From the NCBI GenBank assembly GCA_942491575.1, contig CALOBT010000031.1, positions 162,008 through 186,007 on the forward strand: 24,000 bases of DNA. The letters are read 5' to 3'. The notes beneath the pieces were generated by a model. The model made no database searches and was not told the origin of the DNA. It saw only the letters and a program-made list of their open reading frames with translations. Made by a program: the position numbers and the translations under genes. Positions 17,901 through 24,000 of the stretch are shown here, in pieces (the first letter of the stretch is position 1; each line of letters begins with the position of its first letter). The stretch is from an uncultured Spirochaetota bacterium (GTDB taxonomy: Bacteria > Spirochaetota > UBA4802 > UBA5550).

Positions 17901-18755
17901 TTACCAGATTTTAAAGGCAACACCCGCGGAAACGCCCGCACTGTTAAACAACACATCCTTATCAAATATATACATGTATCGGGCCTGTACGATTAATGAA
18001 ATTCGGCCAAAGGGATATTCATATCCGAGGGTTGAGTGAAGGGTGAAGGTGTTACTGTCTGCGGTCTCATTTATGTTTTTTATTGTCAGAAGGGAGATCC
18101 CCGGCTGCACAGAAAAACCTATGATACCCCATTTGCCATCATTGAGGAAAAACTGCCAGAGGGGCCCTGCGGAGATGGTAATGCTGGAAAGGCTTTCATC
18201 ACCTTTGTTGAAGTAGAGGTAACCGCCTTCGATGCGCATTCCCGGTATCCACGGGAGTCGTCTTCCGCCTGTGAGGAGATCAGGCCCCTGATCATAGGCC
18301 AGAAATCCTCCATAGCCATAGGGGATGGAGCCGTTTAAGTCGCCGAAAATATAATTAAAGATGCCGGTAAGAAAAATTTTTCCTCCGCCCCATAATGGCT
18401 TTTCAGGTTTTTTTTCGTCTTCTTTCTGGTTTTTTATATCCTTTAAGCCAGCTTCATAATTTTTACGTATCTCGTTTTCATCAAAGTCCTTTCCCATTTT
18501 TTTGCGTATTTCAATGTCTTCTTCATAGTTGGCTGTTTTAAATAATTGTTTTATCTGTTTCGCAGGAATTTTGAATTCTCCGTAATAATTTTTGAAGAGA
18601 ATTATTTTGCTGTTTTCCCGTTTTACCTTCCCAACCAAAAGTGTCCCGTTTTTAAGGATAATTGTATCGGCCAATAATAGGGACGGTGAAAATTCAGAAA
18701 AAGAGAATAAGATTAAAAGAAATAAGATTATTGGCTGTAATAGTTTCCGCATCAA
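17901..18755 (-). CDS. Secreted/outer-membrane beta-barrel-like hypothetical protein
   Basis: 284 aa with signal peptide (LLQPIILFLLILFSFSEFSPSLLLA), an N-terminal 'DTIILKNGTLLVGKVKRENSKIILFKNYYGEFKIPAKQIKQLF' module, and a C-terminal Gly/aromatic alternating region (YGYGGFLAYDQ..., GIIGFSVQPGISLL..., TLGYEYPFGRISLIVQARYMYIF...AGVSAGVAFKIW) ending in an aromatic, as in OM barrels. Confidence 0.8.
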   Translation of the reverse strand: MMRKLLQPIILFLLILFSFSEFSPSLLLADTIILKNGTLLVGKVKRENSKIILFKNYYGEFKIPAKQIKQLFKTANYEEDIEIRKKMGKDFDENEIRKNYEAGLKDIKNQKEDEKKPEKPLWGGGKIFLTGIFNYIFGDLNGSIPYGYGGFLAYDQGPDLLTGGRRLPWIPGMRIEGGYLYFNKGDESLSSITISAGPLWQFFLNDGKWGIIGFSVQPGISLLTIKNINETADSNTFTLHSTLGYEYPFGRISLIVQARYMYIFDKDVLFNSAGVSAGVAFKIW

Positions 18756-20143
18756 AGATAAATCCGCCTTGATATCTTCTTTTTATCTATAGTAATCTTT
18801 CCAATGGAGGTTTTCAATATTAATTGGGAGTTCGTCTCTCTGATGACAAAACCGGTAAATATATTTCCGTCTTTCATGTATATTTTTACTTTAAGAGGGG
18901 CAGCCTCTGCCTGGATTTTTCTTTTTTTCCCTGCTTTTCTCTCTTTTTCAAGCCTGTTGTTTACTTTTTTTATAAGAAGATCAACTTCCTTAAGTTCTGC
19001 AGCCTTGAAAACAGGGGTTTCAATTTCTGCATTCTGAATACTGTTTGTCAGCGAAGTTTTTGCCGCACCGTTTTTATTTAAAGTTGTCGGAAGTGTCAGT
19101 TTTTTCTCTTCCTCCACCATCCTTGTAAAGGTTTCATCTTCTAAAAGCTGATTGTTTTTTTTTGCAAGGGTTTTAATCCTTTTTCCGTTGATAGCCAGGG
19201 AGCCCACCAGGTATATTCTTCTGTTGGCCTTGCGTGCATACGGGGAATCAGGGTCATTCATGATAATCTCCTGATACAGTTTTACCGCTTTTTCGGATTT
19301 ATCCAGTTCCTCCAGGACTTTTCCTTCAATGAGTTTTATCCTGCTTTTCTCTGCGGGGGGGACCCTTCTCTCAATCTTTTTTAATGTATCAAAAGATTCC
19401 CGGTATGCAATGAGGCGGAAGAGTTTTTCACTTTTAGCAAGGGAATCTTTTTCATACTTCCTGATTTTTTCCGCTTCGTTTCTGAATCCTTCAAGGTAAC
19501 GGAGAAGCACCACCGCTGTTACTGCCACACTGGTGTCACCAAACTCGGAAATAACCCTGGAATAGTTATTCTTTGCTTCAGTATACTTTCCAAGAATGGC
19601 ATTACAGAATCCCCTGTGAAGAAGAATGCTTGCAGTCAATGACCGGTCAGAACTGCCTTTATCGATAATGCTGTTGTATAATTCTATGGCCTGCCTGTAT
19701 TTTTTGTTTCTTTCATAGTAGTAGGCAATCTCCAGGTCTACACCGCTTTGATCGTTTTTAACATCACGTATCGGAGTCAGGCCGATAATATATCTGATGA
19801 AATTAATTGTATAGAGTACCGGGACTGAAATTAATCCATACTTTTCCTGGGTTACCTCAGACAGGGTGTCTCTTTCTGACAGTATAGCATTGACACGCAT
19901 TTCTACCAAATTTGAGTTTTCCGGAGAAATTTTATTATCGTATAATTGCCTGTTGAGCCGGTATTTCATCACAAGCCCGATATGGTCGATATTGCTGTCT
20001 GCCCTGTTGCTTTTCTGTAAAAACAGTTTAACACCCCTTATTCGAATCTGAATGTTTACATCATTGAAGATAATCATGATCCCCACAAGGCAGAGGGTGC
20101 TGAAGAGAAGCAACAGTTCATTTTTATAAATTTTTAAGATCAT
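18752..20143 (-). CDS. TPR-containing membrane-anchored protein with a C-terminal K-D-G-x-x-x-x-G module
   Basis: 463 aa with N-terminal TM (NELLLLFSTLCLVGIMIIF), TPR-like repeats (YRQAIELYNSIIDKG..., LGKYTEAKNNYSRVISEFGD, LDKSEKAVKLYQEIIMNDPDSPYARKANRRIYLVG), and C-terminal LKVKIYMKDGNIFTGFVIRETNSQLILKTSIGKITIDKKKISRRI. Its stop overlaps the downstream gene's start. Confidence 0.85.
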   Translation of the reverse strand: MILKIYKNELLLLFSTLCLVGIMIIFNDVNIQIRIRGVKLFLQKSNRADSNIDHIGLVMKYRLNRQLYDNKISPENSNLVEMRVNAILSERDTLSEVTQEKYGLISVPVLYTINFIRYIIGLTPIRDVKNDQSGVDLEIAYYYERNKKYRQAIELYNSIIDKGSSDRSLTASILLHRGFCNAILGKYTEAKNNYSRVISEFGDTSVAVTAVVLLRYLEGFRNEAEKIRKYEKDSLAKSEKLFRLIAYRESFDTLKKIERRVPPAEKSRIKLIEGKVLEELDKSEKAVKLYQEIIMNDPDSPYARKANRRIYLVGSLAINGKRIKTLAKKNNQLLEDETFTRMVEEEKKLTLPTTLNKNGAAKTSLTNSIQNAEIETPVFKAAELKEVDLLIKKVNNRLEKERKAGKKRKIQAEAAPLKVKIYMKDGNIFTGFVIRETNSQLILKTSIGKITIDKKKISRRIYL

Positions 20144-20153
20144 GATAAATATC

Positions 20154-21680
20154 TCATTTCAGTTCAACAATCAATATGGTGGCATCGTCCTTCATTCCAT
20201 CTATTGTAGTAAATTCTGAAAGTGTTTTTATAATGGAACGCATTAATTGATCACATGGATCTTTATAGAAGGCTTTTACGGATTTCAGGATGCCCTCCAG
20301 TCCAAATTCATGTCTTTCAGCATTTCGTGCTTCAATTATGCCATCGGTAAAAAGTACTATCTTATCCCCTTTTTCAATTTTTGCTATTTTTGTTTCGTAG
20401 AGATGGTCCAGGTCATTTGAGATTCCCATGGGGATACCGCCGCTTTTCAGCATGGAGAGCTTGTTTTTGTTTGTCCTGATAATTAAGGGCCTGAGGTGTC
20501 CCGCATCGACGGAATAAACTATATTATCCTTATCAATTATGAAGTAATAGGCGGTAAAGAAGAGAGTCGATTCCTTGTCAACTTCACCGAGTATTTCGAT
20601 TATTTCTTCATTTATTTTTTTGAACAGATCTGAAGGGTCATGAAAGTTGGGTGTATGCTGCCGGAATTTTTCCTTTATCAGCATTGTGACCATAGCGGCG
20701 GGAACCCCGTGCCCCTGGACATCAACAATAAGAAAACCGTAGGATGAATCTCCAAGATCAAAAATGTCATAATAATCTCCGCTTACACGTCCCGCCGCCC
20801 TGGAAAAGACGCAGAAGTTAAAACGGTCGTTATCCTTTATGTGAGGGAAAATGACTTCCTGTACCTTGGAGGCCATATCAAGTTCCTCTTCCATCAATGC
20901 CCGCTGTCCCTGCAGGGTCACAATTTGATCCTGCACGGATTTGGCCATTGAATTAAATGCGAGGGCGAGTTCTCCAATTTCATCATTCTGCCCTACCTCT
21001 GCCCTGGCGGTAAGATCTCCTTCGCTGATATCGATACTTTTTTTGTGAAGAGATTTTATCGGTTTAACAAATACTTTAAAAAGCAACAGGGCAAAGAGAA
21101 CATGGAATACTGCAATGATAAAAATGATCAGGATGATCATGCGGTACAGGTTTTCGAGCCTGGAGTGAATTTCGCCCATGTTGAATTTCAGGAGCAATAC
21201 TGATTGTTTAAGGGTGTGAATATTGAAGGGTATATAGAATGAAATGTCATAGGTTTTTTCATCAACTTTTGTATAATATCTTTTGCCGGTGAAATCACGA
21301 CTGGTCACGGCCCTTACGCCATTTACAAAATCGGTTTGTCCTATTTTGAAATCAGGGCGACTCCGATAAATTACCTCCCCTTCTTCAGAGAAAATGCCGA
21401 AGGATGGGGTAATCTTTTTTATCAGACCGGATACTTCTTTTATTACATTTGATCTTCTTGTTATTCTGCCCTTGCCGGACTCTATCTCGGCGGAAAGCTT
21501 GTTCAGGGAACCAAGGAGAGAATCGGCAACCTCCATGACATGAAATTTTGTATTTTCAGAGATCAAATCAATCTGGTTCTCGTATATGATAATAGAAAAA
21601 AAGGCCATATTGGCGATTGCCAGCAGAATGTAGAGGAGGCTGATTTTGACTGCAATTGATTTTTTTGGTAGCTTCATCAT
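20154..21680 (-). CDS. SpoIIE family protein phosphatase with periplasmic sensor and HAMP domain
   Basis: 508 aa with TM1, an extracytoplasmic region, TM2 (MIILIIFIIAVFHVLFALLLFKVFV), HAMP (KPIKSLHKKSIDISEGDLTARAEVGQNDEIGELALAFNSMAKSVQ), and a PP2C/SpoIIE domain (AGRVSGDYYDIFDLGDSSYGFLIVDVQGHGVPAAMVTMLIK...GDKIVLFTDGIIEARN...DDATILIVEL). Confidence 0.93.
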   Translation of the reverse strand: MMKLPKKSIAVKISLLYILLAIANMAFFSIIIYENQIDLISENTKFHVMEVADSLLGSLNKLSAEIESGKGRITRRSNVIKEVSGLIKKITPSFGIFSEEGEVIYRSRPDFKIGQTDFVNGVRAVTSRDFTGKRYYTKVDEKTYDISFYIPFNIHTLKQSVLLLKFNMGEIHSRLENLYRMIILIIFIIAVFHVLFALLLFKVFVKPIKSLHKKSIDISEGDLTARAEVGQNDEIGELALAFNSMAKSVQDQIVTLQGQRALMEEELDMASKVQEVIFPHIKDNDRFNFCVFSRAAGRVSGDYYDIFDLGDSSYGFLIVDVQGHGVPAAMVTMLIKEKFRQHTPNFHDPSDLFKKINEEIIEILGEVDKESTLFFTAYYFIIDKDNIVYSVDAGHLRPLIIRTNKNKLSMLKSGGIPMGISNDLDHLYETKIAKIEKGDKIVLFTDGIIEARNAERHEFGLEGILKSVKAFYKDPCDQLMRSIIKTLSEFTTIDGMKDDATILIVELK

Positions 21681-21938
21681 CCCGTATCCATATTCAGTTT
21701 AAAGATTATATAGGACTTTCAAAAACCATATTTTTTCAATCAGGCTCTTAGGGACATTCCAAACAAACAACAGAATCCCACTATAATTATAGCAAAGTAT
21801 GGATTGATTGTCTAAGAATTTAATTCTATTTATTTTCTTCAGGGATAATGGGAGTGATTTTGTAAGGAAATCAGTTCTCCTGCTGGAGTTGCCCAATTAA
21901 TGTGGGGGAAGTTTTTTTGACTCTTATTCAGGGTAAAT

Positions 21939-22913
21939 TCAGCCAGTCACATTCAACCTCTGTCTCCCGAGATCTATCGAACCATCAGCACTTTTTATTG
22001 TTGATTCAATAATATCTTCAGGCTGCAGGTAATCGTTGTTTTTCAGCTGTTTTTTGATGAAAAGTTTCATCGTGGCAGCATCTGATAAAAAGAGTCCCGC
22101 AATTTTTTGCAGGGCCTTTGGTGGCGCCTTCAGGGCTACGCCGCCGGGAGTTCCCGTCATGATGATATCACCAGGTTCGAGATCCATGATTTCGGATATT
22201 TCTTTTAATGACTCTGCCGGTTTAAATATTAAATCCTTTGTATTTGCATCCTGGCGAAGCCTGTTGTTTACCCATAGTTTTAATTCAAGGTTTGCAAGAT
22301 ATTTAAAATCAGTTACATCAAGGAGGCAGAGATGCGGTCCGGCGGGACAGAATGTTCTGTAGCTCTTTCCCTTATACCACTGCCCCTGGGGAATCTGTAT
22401 ATCCCGTGCGGAAATGTCATTACACATCACTATTGCGGCAACGTACTCTGAAATATTGGATTCATGAATATTTTCCGCTTTTTCTATTTTACTTCCTATG
22501 ACAAGGCCCAGCTCCAGCTCGTAGTCGAGGAGGCGGACATTTTTTGGGCGTATTACTTTCCCGGATGGACCGGTGAGGGATGATGATTCCTTTGAAAAGA
22601 GTAGATTGAATCCCGGTTTTTCAGTAATGCCTGTTTCGCTTCGATGCGCATGGTAGTTGACTCCCTGGCAGACAATCCTGCAGGGGGAAGTGACCGGACT
22701 CAGTATTTTTACATCTTTAATCGGGATGCACTTTCCTTCCTTCAGTTCGCGCGCCGCTGCGGCTCCATTTGCCAGAAAGTCCCTCAGGCTGGTGTATTCT
22801 CCCGGAACCGGTATTATTTTGTCTTCCTTTACGACGCCCCAGGCGATTTTATCTGACAGACGATATCTTACTACATTACAGGCCATTATTTTGCTCCCGG
22901 TTTTGAATTTCAA
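21939..22913 (-). CDS. Fumarylacetoacetate hydrolase family protein
   Basis: 324 aa with VCQGVNYHAHRSETGI, LLDYELELGLVIG, CNDISARDIQ, and GDIIMTGTPGGV. An internal ATG (22886, MACNVV) is an alternative start. Confidence 0.9.
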   Translation of the reverse strand: MKFKTGSKIMACNVVRYRLSDKIAWGVVKEDKIIPVPGEYTSLRDFLANGAAAARELKEGKCIPIKDVKILSPVTSPCRIVCQGVNYHAHRSETGITEKPGFNLLFSKESSSLTGPSGKVIRPKNVRLLDYELELGLVIGSKIEKAENIHESNISEYVAAIVMCNDISARDIQIPQGQWYKGKSYRTFCPAGPHLCLLDVTDFKYLANLELKLWVNNRLRQDANTKDLIFKPAESLKEISEIMDLEPGDIIMTGTPGGVALKAPPKALQKIAGLFLSDAATMKLFIKKQLKNNDYLQPEDIIESTIKSADGSIDLGRQRLNVTG

Positions 22914-22978
22914 AAATCTATATTATTTTTCCGGAATGTCAATAAATTATCACAATGAAAAAGGATTGACTTTTAGAA

Positions 22979-23006
22979 AACACTATAAGCAAATGCTTAT
23001 AGTGTT
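22979..23006. promoter_or_regulatory. 28-bp palindromic operator candidate for the ArsR-family regulator
   Basis: AACACTATAAGCA-AA-TGCTTATAGTGTT: 13-bp perfect arms with a 2-bp centre, 29 bp upstream of the regulator ATG. A TTGACT (-35-like, 22966-22971) lies just upstream, so the palindrome would cover the -10/start region. Confidence 0.75.
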
Positions 23007-23034
23007 GCGCGGATTAAGGAGGATTCTTCATCAG

Positions 23035-23349
23035 ATGAATGACAGATTAAAAACCATGGCACTTATATTTAAGGCCCTGGGAGACCAGAAAAGGCTTCAG
23101 ATTATTAAGATGCTCGCTTCAGCCTCCGAGGAATCCCTCTGTGTGAGTGATGTTGCAGAAAAATTAAAAATCAGTCAGCCCGCGGCATCACAGCATATAA
23201 AGGTCCTTAAAAATATTGGGATTCTCGAAGAGAACAGAAAGGGCTTTCGGGTATTTTATATAATAAATTCTGATGTATTAAGGGAATACAAGATAGAGGT
23301 TGATGGATTATTCAGGAAGGCCTTTGAAAAGTGTTCACATGAAAAATAA
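23035..23349 (+). CDS. ArsR-family winged-helix transcriptional regulator
   Basis: 104 aa (MNDRLKTMALIFKALGDQKRLQIIKMLASASEESLCVSDVAEKLKISQPAASQHIKVLKNIGILEENRKGFRVFYIIN...). A strong RBS (AAGGAGG) precedes ATG 23035. The 230-aa ORF starting at 22657 is an over-extension. Confidence 0.93.
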   Translation: MNDRLKTMALIFKALGDQKRLQIIKMLASASEESLCVSDVAEKLKISQPAASQHIKVLKNIGILEENRKGFRVFYIINSDVLREYKIEVDGLFRKAFEKCSHEK

Positions 23350-23524
23350 TCGAGTCTCAACCCATGACCCTCGGTGCAGAAACTGCAATGGCTGCATTAA
23401 CTGTGAAGATACCCTCTGCATCTTCCACTCAGGGGGAGATGCAGAAAACTGCTATTTTGAAAGATGCATGCACTGTATTAACTATATTAGAAAGGAAAGA
23501 CTTTTTTTGAATAATGTGGGATGA
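23339..23524 (+). CDS. Small Cys-rich protein (8 Cys in 61 aa), overlapping the ArsR gene
   Basis: MKNNRVSTHDPRCRNCNGCINCEDTLCIFHSGGDAENCYFERCMHCINYIRKERLFLNNVG. The ATG at 23339 lies inside the 3' end of the regulator gene, suggesting translational coupling. Cys spacing is C-x2-C-x2-C-x2-C-x4-C-x10-C-x4-C-x2-C. Confidence 0.75.
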   Translation: MKNNRVSTHDPRCRNCNGCINCEDTLCIFHSGGDAENCYFERCMHCINYIRKERLFLNNVG

Positions 23525-23530
23525 TTATTC

Positions 23531-23719
23531 CTACTCCGGGGGTAATTCAATTATCGGCGGTTCATTATCCTTCTGTTCCAAATGCCCGCGGATTTTAGTG
23601 ATTTCCTTTCCCATCTCCTCGATGGTTTTTCCCTGGGCGAGCAGTGCTTCATTCAAATCGTCTATCGTTTTTTCCATGAAGGAAATCTTAACTTCCAGGT
23701 CTGTGATACGGTCTTCCAT
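23531..23719 (-). CDS. slyX: SlyX family protein
   Basis: 62 aa from the internal ATG: MEDRITDLEVKISFMEKTIDDLNEALLAQGKTIEEMGKEITKIRGHLEQKDNEPPIIELPPE, a coiled coil with SlyX-like ERI..LE.....E.TIEELN......Q and a PP-rich tail. The 88-aa track version adds an unconvincing N-terminus. Confidence 0.7.
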   Translation of the reverse strand: MEDRITDLEVKISFMEKTIDDLNEALLAQGKTIEEMGKEITKIRGHLEQKDNEPPIIELPPE

Positions 23720-23856
23720 TGTTGGTGTTCTCCGGTTTTTTTGTAGTATCAGTATTGAATATTTATTGTTCCAGGCAAAATAAATATTCGCCTGCATTTT
23801 TTTTAATTTGCTGCATAGTTAACTCCTGTGGATTGCCGGAGGGAACTAGCAGGTCA

Positions 23857-24000
23857 CTAATAACTTTTATCGTAAAATACCTTTCCAACTCTCTTTATAT
23901 GGTCTTTTAATGGCAGACTGTTGATATTTTCAAAAATAGAGAGATCAAAAGTATATGGAAGATAAAGCTCATCGATTTTTTCCTCGACAGCAAAAATAAT
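23857..24000 (-). CDS. C-terminal end of a nucleotidyltransferase domain protein (MNT / HI0073-like), truncated by the right window edge
   Basis: Reverse-strand translation from the window edge is IIFAVEEKIDELYLPYTFDLSIFENINSLPLKDHIKRVGKVFYDKSY*, matching the conserved C-terminus of HI0073-like MNT proteins (DLPYxVDLSIFxxIxNxxLxEHIxRVGKVFY). Confidence 0.75.
   Translation of the reverse strand: MIFAVEEKIDELYLPYTFDLSIFENINSLPLKDHIKRVGKVFYDKSY

Noticed and set aside
22657-23034. N-terminal 126-aa extension of the ArsR ORF in the track (starting MTPWQTILQG...)
   Set aside because: It is antisense to the FAH gene and crosses the palindrome and RBS. The true ArsR-family start is the ATG at 23035 with AAGGAGG upstream.
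23508-23530. Short AT-rich inverted repeat (GAATAAT...ATTATTC) between the Cys-rich microprotein and slyX as a terminator
   Set aside because: Only 7 AT-rich base pairs and no T-tract, too weak to call as a terminator.
23719-23910. 63-aa plus ORF overlapping the SlyX upstream region and MNT 3' end
   Set aside because: Antisense to the MNT-like C-terminus and upstream of slyX, with no RBS and no family resemblance.
1-24000. CRISPR array, transposon, tRNA/rRNA or phage module
   Set aside because: No regularly spaced direct repeats, transposase/integrase motifs or tRNA-like cloverleaf sequences were seen on reading the window.

Overview
The window looks like ordinary chromosomal sequence. It is densely coding, with about 19 supported complete genes and one truncated gene at each edge. 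Gene content and protein style suggest a spirochaete-like or related Gram-negative bacterium, but that is inference. From left to right: (i) a 5'-complete penicillin-acylase-family lipoprotein running off the left edge on the minus strand, which the ORF track misses; (ii) a minus-strand iron operon with a FeoA-FeoB fusion and a Cys-rich FeoB-associated membrane protein, followed by a terminator; (iii) a plus-strand block with an MptE-like/DUF115 'motility-associated factor' protein, a SPOR-domain protein, and a DUF47 + PiT phosphate transporter pair, ending in a perfect 32-bp palindrome that contains both convergent stop codons; (iv) an M28 peptidase, a DUF6485-like Cys-rich protein and a patatin-like phospholipase, convergent with a THUMP RNA methyltransferase and an RlmD/RumA-type methyltransferase; (v) a GNAT acetyltransferase and a DUF2341+LamG-like lipoprotein; (vi) a minus-strand operon encoding a HAMP-SpoIIE phosphatase, a TPR protein and a probable beta-barrel protein, the last two sharing a short sequence module; (vii) a FAH-family enzyme divergent from an ArsR-family regulator plus an overlapping small 8-Cys protein, with a 28-bp palindromic operator candidate between them; (viii) SlyX; and (ix) the C-terminus of an MNT/HI0073-like nucleotidyltransferase at the right edge. 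I see no CRISPR array, tRNA or rRNA, transposase, or clearly recognisable defence locus apart from that edge fragment. The best leads are the phosphatase/TPR/barrel operon, the ArsR + Cys-rich microprotein unit with its palindrome, and the truncated MNT gene. None of these is established here as a new system.
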